A model generated the notes under the pieces. It searched no databases and was not told the origin of the DNA. It saw only the letters and a list, made by a program, of their open reading frames with translations. DNA of 64,000 nucleotides from Podarcis liolepis (lineage: Eukaryota), in NCBI GenBank assembly GCA_965112155.1, contig OZ218098.1, one strand, 5' to 3'. The translations under genes were made by a program, and so were the position numbers. Of this stretch, positions 12,273 through 27,599 are shown piece after piece (position 1 is the stretch's first letter; each line of letters opens with the position of its first letter).

Positions 12273-15200
12273 TCAGAGGAGGCTGCACTGCGCATCTTTC
12301 TTCTTCTTAGGGGAGGAGTCTTTGCCTCTGCCCTTTCCCCGTCCGCTCCCTCCCACGGCCCCCGAGGGGGATTTAGAGGGGGGCTTGGACAGCCTGTCCG
12401 CCTGGCTGTCCGTGGCGTGGCTCCCCTGTGGCAACTGCGCTTTTCCAGGGGGCTGCTTTTTCGAGGGGCTTCTCGCACCTGCTCTGTGCTGGCCCTTGGC
12501 CTCCATTTCAGACAGGCTGTAGGCCATCGCCAGCTGCAGGTCCTCATCGTCCTCGTCGCTGTCGGTGTACACGATCACAGGGGACGAACTGGGGGAGGGG
12601 CGCTTGGGGGCCGGGTGCTGCGGTGCCGGCGAGGAAGGGGCTGGCTTGCGGCTTTGCACAGCTTGCTGGTCCCGCCGGCTCAGCTCCAGGCCGAGGGCCA
12701 AGTCGTCTGGAACACCTGAAAGGGAAGGGATTGAGCCATCAGTTGTCCAAAGAAGGCACCCCAAGTATACTTTCCCCCTCCCATCATTGCTATGGGCTTG
12801 CCCAGAAAGGCCAAGCACCCTAGATGTGGGGTCCCCAACGTGGTGCCGGCTGACACAACAGCATCCTCAGACACCTCCTTGAGACCCAACAAGAGGCCTG
12901 CCATTTCCAAACAATATTTTTAATTGACTTGTGGGGGGCACGCAGCTATTATGCCCGAGTATTGCCAGTTGTTGTGGTGCCCACAACGGTTTTTGAAATT
13001 TCCAAAACCACCCAAAATGGTTGAGGACTCCTGCCCCAAGATCTTCAGCTGGTGGCTAAGGATTTGCAGCCTGGCCTAAAGACGGTTGCAACAGCAATGC
13101 TACCACCAGAGAAATATATGGTTAGAAAATAATAATAATAATGAAGAAGTTGATCCCTGAATGCATTTTTGAAACTAAAGGCAAGATCTGGGTCTGAAAA
13201 AATGGAAGGTGACTACCCTAGGCTGCTTTCCCTTCTCCAATATATGCACCACACTTTGTGGGTAATGGATGTCTTAAGGCCCAGGTGAAAACTTTCCTAG
13301 CTCTCCCACAGCTCTCTTCCATTCCTCAGCCACCAGCCTGGCATATGCTATTATCACATTCATCTCTTATTTTACCTCTCTAAGCCGTTCCACCACAAGT
13401 CTGAAAAGCCCCCCTCCTTCCTTCTGCCTGTGTTTCTGAAAGAGGCCAGGAGTGCTGGGGAGATCCCTTCCAACCCCCAAATGTCTCAGACGTTGGCACA
13501 CAGGCATCCTACCGCTTGGTGGGAGGGCACATTTTTCACAAAGCTTTTCACAAGTTGTAGATTAAATGTCAGAGGCACTCCATGGGGATGAGGGTCTATT
13601 ACTTTCTCTGTCTCCCAGGAGACAGGTTGAGATCACACAGAAGGCAGCAGGCGTCCAGAGAAGCTCACATTTCTGCTCTCAGCTGGAGAGAGCTGTGCAT
13701 GGCTGACTACAGAGAAAAGAAACTTGGGATACCTCTCCCCTTTTAGTCCCTCACCATTAATTTGGATGGATTTCAGCTCCCCATTTTCTTCCACTTCCAC
13801 CCTCTCCTGCCCATTTTCGATGATCCTGGAGAACAGGGGGGAAGGGGAGGGGATAGAAAAGTGAAATGACTTTGTGAAGAACACATAAAATCATGGAATG
13901 CTGAACTGGAGAAAACATTAAGTTGCATGGCTACAAACATGTCTATTATTTAGCCTTTGCTTACATTTTGGGTGCATGATTAATCCCATAATAGCAACCA
14001 CAGTTCTCTTACTACCATACCTGTAATTATGCACCTGCTCGCCTTCATTAGATTTTTCAAAGACAAACACCAAAAAATTATTTGAAGCTGCTCTTAAAAT
14101 TTATTTTTGAAGAAGAGAAACCAATAAATATATTTTGTTCTACAGATGAGGGTTTCTGCGCAAAAGCATCAACTTAGAATCTCATTTTTTTTAATGTATT
14201 ATGTCTTTCGTGTTTTTTATGAGGCCAGCCTCATTCCACTAGATTTGAGGGACAGGTTTGGGGTGTAGAAAGGTCAGCATCAGTGCACAAATTTGACTTC
14301 TCCTGTACACTTTAACCTTTTCAGCTAGGCTGTAGGACAGTGGGGGGGGGGAGAGAGAGAGAGGTGTTACCCTGTACAATCTACCGCAAACACATGATCA
14401 CCAGAGGGTTTATAAAAGTTACAAGGCAAGTAACCTCTAACTCTCTGGGACACAACATGTGAGCAAGCTGCTAAAAGGTCTAAAATACCAGGAGCCATGG
14501 GATTTCCCCAACTTGCTCCTGATAAGATAACCAATAACAAGAAAGAGCTAGTGTGTGTGCGCTCTCTCTCTCTCTCTCTCTCTCTCACTCACACACACAC
14601 ACACACGTAAATAAGGAATGCATCCCCAATCTGGTACAGATTGTGTGGGTTTCCCCTCCCTTCACCTAGATGGACCAGTGGCCTGAGTCAATATAAAACT
14701 TCTAGATCTCCTCCCCATAGCTTACTCTGTACCTCATACAGATACAAGATAGCAGAAATGAGCAGGAGAGGAGGGCCATGGAGAACGGAAAGAATGGGCT
14801 TGGTCGTTCCCCAAGGGGGCCCAAAATCTGTGTGACAAGGCCAGAAGACAGTAGGCAAATGGATTAAAACGTCCTCCTAAGCTTACCTCTTGGTAGTGAT
14901 CCGCTTGCCATTAATGAATCTGGTGGAGGTGGAGACAGAGCGGAAGCCCATTCCTGCATTCATAGCAGGACCAAGCCCTGGGGAGAAGAAGTCTGAAAGA
15001 GAGAGTGCGCCAGAATCACTGACAAGGAAGGGTGCAGCTGGCACCAAGGCCAGGGGAGATGAACCAGCAAAGGAAAAGAGATACCAGGCAGGAAAACTTT
15101 CCTTTGAGATTCCAAGGAGGGGCAAATAGAAAGAATGTGGCCTTGTAAAAGTGGCCACCAGGTCACAGTGTGCAAAGCACACAGTCCAAGGGAGAGGTCA

Positions 15201-18200
15201 ACCCTACAGCAAGGGTCCACGTGCAGTTGGAACCGGGGGGGGGGGGCTGGAGGCCACAGCGAGGAGCAGGTGGGCAGGCAAATCCTTCCAGCTGTTCCTT
15301 CCTTACCTGGCGATGCTGCAAAGGGAGAGAAAAACGGCCCTGCCCCATGGTGTCGTGGTCCAGGGCGAAGGTCCGCAAATGGATCATCTGGAAAGAGGTC
15401 CAAAGAAGAGATCATCAACCACTACATTCCTCTGCAGGGAGACTGCTACTCAAAAGCATGCAGATCCATACCCTTTGTTTTCTGGCCTATTATCTGCCCG
15501 CAGTTCTGATTCATGTATCTTGCACCACATTGCTGCTGCTTCCTTCCACACAAAAGCTTTATTGCCTTGTCAGAGCCTCCCTGAGCTGCAAGAAACCACC
15601 CAGTGCCAGGAGTGGGTGTGGACAGCCACTGAGCTGATCCAATTGCACCACACAGAGGGGAGCATTTCCCTTCCCTAACACAGAAGTTCTGGATAAGCAC
15701 GAGGTCTGTACTAAAGCCAGTGCCAACATTTGGCCCATGTCTAACTAGGAGGGATCTGGTTTCCCAGAAAGGATCTGGTTTCTTGTAATCTGGAAACGAT
15801 CCAAAAAGGAGGGACTGTTCACTGTCTAAGACCCCCCTCCTCTCCCTTTACTCTCCTCAGCTGCACAGGGAGTTCTGGAGAATGTTCTAGCGTGGCTTTA
15901 AGGCTGTGAGTCCTCCAGATGCCGTTGGACTCCATCTCCCATCAGCACCAGGCACCATGTTCAATGGTGAGGGAAGAATGATGGGAATTGCAGTCCAGAA
16001 ATGCCAGGAGGACAACAGGGTTACATTGGGTCTCAGCCTCATGAATCCTGGATGGGAGACTGCACTGCTTAATCACTCTGAGCTTCCTCACGAAGGAACT
16101 TAAATGCAAGTAGAATAAAGTAACACCAAGTTCACACAAGAAAACACCAACAGACCTGGCATAACCCAAACCACAACAGTAGCATGTAGGTAATAGAATT
16201 TCCTGTAGGATTGGGGCAGGGTGGAGCAGGGAATGAGTGACAAAACCCTACTGCACTCTCCACAGAAGTGCCCTATATGGTAAAAGGAAAACCCAGCTAG
16301 AGGAACCCTGGGCCTGACACAACCAGATAGCAATGATATTCTTCGTTACTAGTTCCTTCCATCTCTCAGGTACTGGTTGTCTTTGGGATACCACTGACTG
16401 TCCTCATAGTTTTGAAGTCCAGAGACAGCAAATAGGGTCTTCCCTCCCTACTCAGACAAAATCCCCTTGCAAAACAAATGAGGATCAAACCCAATGCACA
16501 CCAAAAAAGTCAGCAAATGGATCATGCCCTCCAAAGAAATCCCGGAAGACGTCGTGGGCGCTGCGGAAAGTGAAGGTGAATTCGGGTCCTGGGTGTGGTC
16601 TTGACCCGGAGGGCCCACCTGTGGGGGAAGCAGAGACCAAATGTTATTTTCCTCACACCAAGACACTGGCTTGCTGTTTACCAAGGTTAAGGCTGTGGCA
16701 CCCTGGAGCGCCTTGAATGATGGTCAGGGGTGCCACAAGCAACGTTGGTTTCTGTCCCTCTTTTCTTCTCTCCCTCCTCTGATGCCCTCTTGTGTCTTTG
16801 CCTACCAAAGGCTTGCACAGCTGTTTGTTGCAGCAGCCCTGGCTACAAGCTCCTTAGGCAAATGGTGCCTCTGGCCAGGGGGTGCTTCCCAGGGCCCTGT
16901 GAGACAGTGTGAGAAGGCACCTCTCTTTGGGGCAGCTGTGGCCTGGGAACACCCTAGAAGAAAGGGTGTTTGAAAATGGGTGAGAAGCTGTCAGTTCTGC
17001 AGGCAAGGGGTGACATAACTGGACTCCTGAGCCCCACAGGGGTGCCGCAGAAATAATGTAGCTGGTCAAGGGAGCCATGGACTCAGAAAGCTTGAAAACC
17101 TCTGGCTTAGGGGTACTAGATAACTAAAATCATTTACATCCAAGACCCAGCAAACCTGCAGCCTGCCAGCCAGCCATGCCTTGTTATGTCTGCGCCCCCT
17201 GGAAATAGTTTAATCAAGCACTGATTCATGGGTCAAAAGCCACAAAAGGGCTACAGAGCTAGAAAAACCCATTTTACAGAAAAGAAAAACAAAACTGTTA
17301 AGAATAACAAAAAATGGCTGTTTGGGCCATGAAAGGCCTAACTGCGCCACAGCTGCTTTGGTTTGGAACTGACAAGGCAGCCAAGACCTTAGTAATATTC
17401 TGCTCCCAAAGAAGTTACCCAACTCTGCAAATTTCTCCCAGGAAATTGCTCCCTGTGAAAGTCGCTCTATCACACTGCTATGACAACAGCTAAAGTAGCT
17501 AATGCAGAAGGCCTGTGTGTTTCGGAGCTGCACATAAGCTATCTGTTGCTGTCTTTGCTCTCGCCCTCTTAGCAATGCAGAAACCTGCTTTGAAACCGAT
17601 CCTGGTTTTTAATGATATTTGTCAGGATAACCCAGATCTTGACCAAGCTCCTTACCTTGACCCATGAGCCCATCTTTGCCATATCGGTCATAGACTTCAC
17701 GCTTGCTCTCTGAAATCAGAAAGCACCTGGGTTAGATAGCTGCCCACAAAAAAGAGGTGAGGCTCAAGCAGACGTGTTTGCCATTGACTTAGTTGGGACA
17801 CAGCTGCCCCCCCCACACACATGGACTGCAGGGGCAGGGAGTGTTACTGAGTCCTTGCCTTGTCTACCCAAAGCTAGTCCTGCTTGGGTTAATAATTAGT
17901 ATTAATTTGCATAGCATGCTCAGAAAACATTGAATTATTTCAGAAAAAACTTGCAACAACTGTGAAATGTCAGCCAGCAAAATTGGAATCATATTACAGC
18001 TAGGGGCTGAGAGAAAGAACAGTTAATGAAACACACCTTCCATTTAGTCTAGCTTAGAAGGCTCTCATTTCAAAGGAAGCCCAATCTTCCTCAAGTAGCC
18101 TGTCCTAATGGCCAGTTGTCCCACAAGGCTTAGGTGGGTGCTCTCGACTTTACCTCTCAGCTTCTAGTTCCACTATTACAGGGATGGGAAACCTTTTTGG

Positions 18201-20966
18201 CTCCAGAGGCCAGACACTGGAGGAGGTTTGGCCACAGGGCCCAATTGGACAGGTGGGCAGAACAACTGGCCAGCCAATCACATGACATAATGATGGCATC
18301 ACATGTCTGACAGGAGGGTGGGGCTAACACCTGTCAAAATTCTTCCCAGAGCTTTGGGAAAGTCATTCCACACTTCCCCTTTAAACACAGTGTGGGATGT
18401 TTAAAAGAAGAATCGTAGAATTGAGGTGTTGGAAGGGACGCCGAGGGTCATCTAGTCCAACCCCCTGCAATGCAGGAATCTCAGCTAAAGCATCCATGAC
18501 AGAGGGCCATCCAACCTCTGCTTAAAAACCTGCAAGGAAAACAGGAACACGAAGAGACGTGCAACGCACCCTTCAAAGCAGCCTCCACCCACTCATTTAA
18601 AGGCGTCTCCAAAGGGCACTTTTGCTAAGTGCTTTTATATGCCTTCGCTTGCTAGTGCTCTGCCTCTGCTTGAAAAACATGCCTCTTTTTCTCCCTTCTC
18701 TGCTTCACTTTATTTTGGTAAATAAAAATGGGGGCTGGGGGGAGGGAGGAACCTCCCACCAGCCCCAGCCAGTATGGCCAAAGGCCTGGGCTTACAGGAG
18801 CTGTTGCCCAACCATATCTTGATGGCCACAGGTCCCACATCTGCACCTTAGCCCTGTGAATAAAACTCTTCTCCCTTCTCTTACAAGGAACAGGAAATCT
18901 CCTCAGTCTCCAGAAACACCCCACAACCAGGGCCAAGACCCTACATGACCCAAAACAGCCTGAAGAAAAGAAAAGGGGAGGAGAGAGTCAATGCTTACTG
19001 TCCGATAGCACTTCGTAGGCTTCTGCTATCTCCTTGAACTTCTGCTCAGCATGTTCCTTGTTATCTGGGTTTTTATCCGGATGCCACTGCAAAGCTTTCT
19101 TCCTGTACCTGTTTGACAACAAGACAACCATGATAGCTTGGTTGGTGTATATTCTTACAGTATAGGCCCTGTCAAGAACCAAGCCCACAGACAATTTCTC
19201 TCTCCCCCCCCCCCACCCCAGGTCACATACTGGCCTACACATTCACCCCCTTGTAGTTAGCAGCAACCCTACACCTCCCCCTTTCTGCTTATGTGGACAT
19301 TCTGCTTCTGTGGGAAGGGAGTTTCAACACATGGGACTAAATGATCCTTGTTTGCTTCCAGGTGAAACTAGACTTCTCTCTCTTCCCACAGGAGCTGATA
19401 GCAGCTGATGGCCATAGCAGCTGAAGCTCCAGCTCAACCAAGAGTGGTCATCGGTCATTGTTCTGCCATCTGTCCTCCACGAGGGGGCACTTCACTCCCA
19501 CAGTAGCACAAAACCCACAAAATGAAAACTGAAAGCCAATTTACTGTTCCTTGGCTTTTCAAAGGCAAGTAGATTGCTGCACTTCCAAAACAGGATCCAC
19601 AGAGTCTCTTTCACACAGGAAGAGCAGACAACAAGCCTGGAGATTTGCTCACCTGATAATTTGCTTCATGGGAGGCTGAGGAACAAGGGTTTCTACAATA
19701 CCTCTCTCCTGTTACAGGTGTGCTGCTACCTTAGGGCAGCTCCAGCCTGCACTAACACAAGGAGCAGAGTGGAGGCATTCCCCTAAGGGGAAATTTTGGG
19801 CCAAAAGGCTCTTGGATCCTACAGCTTTCATTATACTGAAGCCACAAAGATCTCCTGGCACAGCATTAAGTGTCGACACATTCTCCCTCTGTTCATTCTT
19901 GTGCAAGGGGACACACCCAAGTTGTCCACCTCTGGAGTGCAGACCTCCCTGTGCCCATTCCAAAAACAAAAGCAGCCCTACAAACAGCCCACCCCTCTCC
20001 CATTCAATTATCTTTCTGTAAGGTGGGTTAAAAACAATAATTTTGCATGAAAAAGGCTATTCTGGTTTTTTGTTTTTTTTAGTTTTACTTCTAGTAGATT
20101 TCTCATTTAAAAATCAAATCAAATCTGAATCTTCACACAAGCTGCACAAGCAAAGGTTTTGGATCAGCCTGCTTGGATCAGTCTCCAAGGCACTATTTCT
20201 GCACGTCAACCTGCTTTAATGGTTATGGCAACCAATCAGCATGTGCTTTGGTTTTTGGAAAATATACAAAATGTAGTTTGGAAACTGAATTTAAATACTT
20301 ATGTTGATCTGTTCTCTTGGCAATCTAAAGCCTCCTTTTTATATGCTATAGTATTCCTGCAGGCAGAAAGTTTGTGAACGTTAATTAGGCAGTGAAGGGA
20401 AATCAGACAAACATAATATAAGGAAGCCCTCAATTGAGGAGTCGCAAGAAAAGTGAATTTTCAGTATTTGGCAACTAAGTACCTGCATAACAGCCCCAAG
20501 AACTAGAACAGATTCTCAGATCAAGTACATTAGACCTGAAACTAGTAGCTACCATGTTCTCCACAGGAAAACTAGGAGCTCGAGTGGAACCAAAAGATGG
20601 AAGCAGAAAGGAAAAAACCCAAAGCACTGGGAAAATGCAGTGTCCAAGGCTAATCAGAGTCCAAGGCAAAATTGGCAATACAACTTACAGCCACAAAACC
20701 AGCCTGTATCCCCTAACACTGGGAAACACAGTGTTCTGAGTGCTCATTATTCTTGTCACAAACTTAAACTGGCTGCCCTCCACAAAACTGTGGCCAGGTA
20801 CACTATGCCACCACTTCCACATCTCACAGCCACACTCATAACCACCACACCAGGACTAGCAGTCAGTAGCCTTAGTCAGAAATGAAGAGAATGCCACTTA
20901 CGCCTTTTTGATGTCATCCGGTGAGGCGCCATGGGGCACCCCCAGGACTTCATAGTAATCCACCAT
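12273..20966 (-). CDS. DNAJB2: DnaJ homolog subfamily B member 2, isoform b (HSJ1b), ~348 aa
   Basis: Exons 20966-20902 ([22 protein letters not shown]), 19108-18999 ([17 protein letters not shown]...), 17709-17656, 16618-16502 ([16 protein letters not shown]), 15387-15307, 14992-14887 ([18 protein letters not shown]), 13825-13755 ([20 protein letters not shown]) and 12715-12273. The last exon encodes UIM1 [15 protein letters not shown]2 [16 protein letters not shown] and CaaX CSLL*. Total 1047 nt, in frame, all GT-AG. Confidence 0.95.
14562..14606. repeat. (CT)n(CA)n compound microsatellite
   Basis: Direct reading. Confidence 0.9.
18408..18540 (-). mobile_element. CR1 LINE 3' end fragment
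   Basis: agaatcgtagaattgag...gggtcatctagtccaaccccctgcaatgcagg, the reverse complement of a CR1 3' terminus. Confidence 0.7.
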
Positions 20967-21231
20967 GGTGCCCAAATGTGCTACGCTGCAAACCTAGAGT
21001 AAGAGGGAAAGGTTAGTATAGCACACCTCTGTTGGGCATTACCCAAGCTAACACCATCCAAATTAAAATAGCCCTCCCACCCACCCTTTATCGCCGGTCA
21101 GAAACTACAGCGGAATGGTTGTGTCAAGAGTCTTGTCGTAACACATGAAAAGGGTTCACGGATACAACCAGACCAAGATCTTTGCCGTTCCTGAGCCCTT
21201 AAAACAACTGGTACAACTGCAGCAGAGAAGG

Positions 21232-21833
<602 letters not shown>

Positions 21834-23863
21834 CCTGCAGCAGGGAAGGGTGCACAACTCTAATGTGAGAAAAACAGAATCCATCAGGCGTAGCCAACCA
21901 AGGATAGGCCATGAGCTGCTCTGGCAAAGTCAGGTATGTCTGGAAAAGGGGCTCCTATGAGTTGCCAGAAAACACCACATCTCAACAGTGTCCTCCTTCT
22001 TTCCAAGCTGCTTCACACACAATGGACATTAGTTGATTCACAGCTATTTTGATCATGTCTAACCGTGATGTTCCCAATGCTATGAGAACCATACTTTCTT
22101 CTCCTACACACACCTTGACTATACACACCATAAGAAATCAGTGCTTATAAAAAACACACACCAAAAAAACCAACCAACCACCCAAGCCTAGACAAATGGA
22201 TAAAAAGCAACAGGTGTGGCATTCGCACATTCTAAGGAAAACAGTAAGGGACGTGAAAGATCCACATATGCGCTTGCTATGTTTGCACTGTAAATAAATG
22301 CCCAGTCATTTAAAGAGAAGGAAGAGGGATCTAAAAAGTGCATAGATAGAGATGTGAATATCCAGGGAGGGTGGGAATGCCTTCTCATATCTCTCTCTCT
22401 CTCTTAACACTGGGGTGTGGGCGGGGAAGCTCCTATGCAATAGTTTCATTATTTGAATGAGTGAAATGCTTAAGCTTCTACCCACTCAAAACGTGTATTG
22501 TAATGATTTCTATGTAGGATTTCTATGTATGTATTCTCTACATCATTAGAGAAGGAAGTGTATGCTTTGGATGTATACAACACTCAGATACAAGCTGCAT
22601 TTCCACACCTAGAGGGTGCTGTCATCTTTTATGAAAGGGCCTTCCCTGCTGGTAAATTGCTGCTAATCTTTTGGTGACATCTGATCTAGTTTGGAGAAAC
22701 TAGAAGCAACTAGCCTATGTGTACTGTCCTTTTGACCTGGTCCCAATCTTCTAACTGTGCCACAGACTTCCAGCTACAGATGTAACAGTGCAAACCTTTG
22801 CATATCTACTCAAACATACGTACCATTGTTTAAAGGGACTTACTTCCACGTAAATGCAAACAGGAATCCAGCCTAACGTTTTTGAAGCTGCAATCCTAAG
22901 TGAATAAACTAGACTAAACTAGAGTAGGCATTATGAAATATGCATAGGATTCCTCAGTACCTTTCATAAATATGTCAAATAGTGAAATTTTGTAAGCAAA
23001 GTTATTACATCACGTATTTTATGTTGCAAAAGCAGTAAAACACATTTCAGCTTGAGAAGGTATTGCATATTTTCCCTGAAAGTGGAAGTAAAAACTAGAT
23101 TGTCTGGAAGACTTATTCTCATACCAAATGCCTCTCTTTATCTTTCACATTTACAACAAAAACTGCAAGAGAAGCTTAATGGTCACAAAGGAAACTGCTC
23201 TTTGTGGCATAGAGTTGCAACCTGGGTAGTTTGAAATGCAGTGTGAACTCAGAAGTCAGTCCCACTGGGTTCAATAAGGGTTACTTCTTAGTAAGTTTAT
23301 TTAGGGTTGTAACTGCAATTTTTTTTTTATCATCTTACTAGATTAGGGGTAGTATTCAGCCAGTGCATCCTGTCAGCACCACAATTTCTGCTTGGGCAAG
23401 AGGACCCCTCCTGCCCTGTGTCCTCTTTTAATCTGCTCCAGAGCACTGAGGGAACCCCTAAAAGAGATTTAGAGGGCATGTGGGGGCAGGGAGAAGATGG
23501 GGGAGATCGGCTAAGCAAAGAGAAATCCTTGCACTTACAGAATGAGCGATGTAGCACTACGATGACTTCCACTCAAAGCTCTGAACAGCTTTAGATGTGC
23601 ATACAGTTAGCTTTTTCCCCAGCCCATGAAGTGCTTCATAAATATTTATTTTTAAAAAATAAAATAGCTCAAATAACCAGAGCACACATTATGGGCTGTA
23701 TTCAGCAGTGCCCAGTTAAGAGATTACAACTGCAATCCTATGCACAACTTCCCTGGGAGTAATCCCTGCCTGACACAGTGGCAGTTCTTAGAAACAGGTT
23801 TAAGATTACTCTTTGAATATGCAATCCTACACATGCCTGTTAAGCATTGAGTTCAGTGGAACT

Positions 23864-24420
23864 TCTTCTTGTTGTTGTTGTTTAGTCGTTTAGTCGTGTC
23901 TGACTCTTCGTGACCCCATGGACCAGAGCACGCCAGGCACTCCTGTCTTTCACTGCCTCCCGCAGTTTGGTCAAACTCATGCTGGTAGCTTTGAGAACAC
24001 TGTCCAACCATCTCGTCCTCTGTTGTCCCCTTCTTCTTGTGCCCTCAATCTTTCCCAACATCAGGGTCTTTTCCAGGGAGTCCTCTCTTCTCATGAGGTG
24101 GCCAAAGTATTGGAGCCTCAGCTTCACGATCTGTCCTTCCAGTGACCACTCAGGGCTGATTTCCTTAAGAATGGATAGGTTTGATCTTCTTTCAGTCCAT
24201 GGGACTCTCAAGAGTCTCCTCCAGCATCATAATTCAAAAGCATCAATTCTTCGGCGATCAGCCTTCTTTATGGTCCAGCTCTCACTTCCATACATCACTA
24301 CTGGGAAAACCATAGCTTTAACTATACGGACCTTTGTTGGCAAGATGATGTCTCTGCTTTTTAAGATGCTGTCTAGGTTTGTCATTGCTTTTCTCCCAAG
24401 AAGCGGGCGTCTTTTAATTT
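23864..24420 (-). mobile_element. BovB/RTE LINE 3' fragment
   Basis: ORF 23882-24211 encodes an RTE RT C-terminus (KLRLQYFGHLMRREDSLEKTLMLGKIEG...WRALVHGVTKSQTRLND); (CAA)n/(GAA)n tail. Confidence 0.92.
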
Positions 24421-27400
24421 ACTCCAAAATAAATGGATTGCAGCTGCAATCTTATATATATGCTCACATGAGAGTACCACGGAAGATCTTACTTCCATGG
24501 AAACATGAACAGGCTTATGCTGCAAGTTTGTATCTTATGAAACTATCTGCGGAAAACTCTTCATAAGTCCAAGAATGGGACAAAGCCACCACAAGGATAA
24601 ATCAGGCAGGTCCCAATCTCATGCATCTTCCTACGACTATCTGCCTGGATCTGAGCTGTATGGGGTGCCTCTTTTACTCTGTGCTTATCACGGTGTCCCA
24701 AGGTGCTGCTAACAGGGACTGATAGCCTTATGAAAGGGCAGAGAATAACGTGGGAGGTACAAGCCTCCTGTTCTCTGACTAAAGAAGCCTGACTTCAGCA
24801 GACATGGTCCACACATTTCCTAGCTTGGATCTATAATTGCCATGACCTGGTGCTGCTGCTTTTGAAACAACTACTCTGCATAAACACTAGTTAGATGACA
24901 CTCCCTCTCACTGAAAAGTCTCTTCTTCCAGGATGGATAGACAGAAAGACATCTGGTTTTACAGGAATCACCTTAGGATGCTTATTGCTAAACCCATTCA
25001 TGCATGCAAGTAGGGTGGTGCTTGAAAGAAAGCTTCTGAATGGCCCCTACTTGGTTGCATCAGGATTTAAGGGAAGTTGTTCCAATTCCAAAACTCCTCC
25101 TACAAAACTTCAAGTGCATAGCAATCCTGGCCCGTGCCTCCTGAAGCCCAGACAGGTTTAGCAGCCCATGCTACTAAACTGTCTGCTGGTTGGAGCCTTA
25201 GGCCAGATTCATATATGAAGAGTACTGCTTAAAACACAAGAAATATAGGAAGCTGCTTGGGTTATGTCAACCACAGACTGCGGATGAAATTGCCTCCAGC
25301 CAGCAAAGAGCTGCTTTGCAACCTAAAAGCCCCTTGGTGTGGAGATGCATCCAGAACACAACACTGTTGCTTGCACCATGGTTTTGGATCATGAAGCAAA
25401 GCAGGGGGGTGGGATCTGTGAGCCTCCAGATACCCCCAACATCTATCATCCCTGACCATCCCTTGCCATGGAGCCTATGAATCTGGGATCCACGGGGAAA
25501 CCCAAAGACAACACTGGACAAGCACCTGAGCTGACCCAGGCCCAGTGCACCCAAAAGGATACTACTGGCCCATTGCCTTCCTCATTAAGTATCTTTATGC
25601 ATTAAGCGGTTTAGTGGCCATTAAGTTTTTAAGAGATTAGGAGGCTGCGGGAGGAGCAAGAATAGCTGCTGTGACAACACTAAGGCAGGAAAACGACCAA
25701 GGAGGGTTTTCTGTCTCAGTGTTGCAGCCCAGTTCTGAAGCTCAGCTTTGCCTGCTGACCTGCAGATCGTTGCTTACCTGTTTGGATCATACAAATGGAT
25801 GCTCGGGCATTTAACTCACAAGGAGAACTCCTGCAGGCTAGTTGCTATATGAATGATAAGAAATGAAATCACAACCCCATGCTCTTTGCAGTTACAATGC
25901 AAAGATGTTGACTCTGTGGGGTTGTTTGTTTTTTAATGCTGATACTCATCAGTGCTGACTCCTTTGAGCTCTTCAGTCTTGGGTTTTCAATTTATCAGAT
26001 TCATGATACACCACTCCCTGTTGCCATTTCCTTTGTGGATCATCCACTCTTCTGTCAACGTGTCCTCCAAAATTTAAACAAATTTGGAAGCTGGTGTGGA
26101 GATGACAGGGTGCCCCTTCACTTGCTATCCTCCTCTGAGCTGGGTTCTGCCTAAACTCTCTGACAGGGGTACCTTCCTTACCTCTACTTTGCTGGAGTAG
26201 AAGAGGCAGAGAAGCCTTTTGCAATAGGGTGGTTTTCTTTTCTCCTCCTCTGGGAAAGAAGCAGAAAGACCCCACCTTAACATTGTTACACTAACCCCAT
26301 TTCCACATTAAAAGTATTTCCCTTCTGCCCCCCCCCCCAAGTTATGCAGAGACATTCCATTTGAGGTCACCCTCTGTCAAGAATGACTTTCCAACACCAC
26401 CCTAAAATATGCAAACCAATACTAAGTAATATTAAGGACTCCGAGATCAGGGAGATGGGTTTCCAAGTCAAAGTATTTGACTTGAGACACTCTTCAGAAC
26501 CTCATCAAGTTCCCTGGGGGGGGGGTGGCACCTTCCTACACCTTTCATTTCATTTGACTTTTTTATGGCACCAGCTCACTTCTTCAAAAGTTGCTCGAAC
26601 ATAATATTCTCTTTCCCGCCTCGCCTAGTGCACATTTGTGTTTGAATCAAATTAAATCTGAATAAAATCGTCACCAACTCCCTGCGTAGTCAGTTCGCCC
26701 TTGCTCATCCCATCAAGCTGATCTTTTAAAACAGCCCTTCCTCTAAGGAGCTCCCACCGCCCCTTCCCATTTATCTCCATCCGTTGGTAGAATCCTGCAA
26801 TTTTGTTTGCAGCAGCCTGCAATCAGGGGCAGGCCTTCTCCCGAGTTCTCCTAGAAAGCGTGAGTGCTTTTGTTGCCGTTTCTCGGCGAAAATGCTTATT
26901 TGTCCCTCTCGGGGCTGGCTCTGGGCCCTCGCCTCTCCCTTTGTTTTGCGGTGCGCCACCGGATCAACAACAAGCACAACATCCGGCCGGTGCGAGGGAC
27001 CGATCGCGTTTCAGCTTCTCGACTGTTCTAACAGCGCCTTTCCCCATAGCACCCATTTTCGTGCCGGCAGGAAAAAACAACCAACACGCATTCCGTGCAG
27101 GGCAGCACCGGCGGGTTGCAAACGCCTCTTTTTCTGATGGCATTTTGGGTGGGGAAGAAACAGGCATGCCTAAAACTACCCACAGCCTCTCGCATCTTAA
27201 ACCCTATTTTTGGACAGCGCGTTAGTTACTGCGGAACGAAACTCAGCTGCTCTCTCCGCGTAACGTACGTATACACACACGCAACGCCCACCCGACACAA
27301 GAGCGTGACTTGAAAGCAGGGAGACTAGGGGTGGATGCCACCCTTTGACCCTTCAGTCCTGCTAGATGCGGGGACGACAAGGCGATAGCAAAGGATCGTA

Positions 27401-27599
27401 ATTGTTGTTTTTATTTATTATTCGTTGACTTTATATACCGCCCTTCGCCCGACGATCAGAAGTGCGGTTTACAGTGCAAAGACACGAAATAGGAAAAACA
27501 ATACCCTCCCACCCCTCTATAGGGGTAAAGCGGTTTTTAAATCGTATTGACAGCAAGCGCAACTTCGAAACACTTCTGCTTGTCAGAGCTGCTAGAGCC

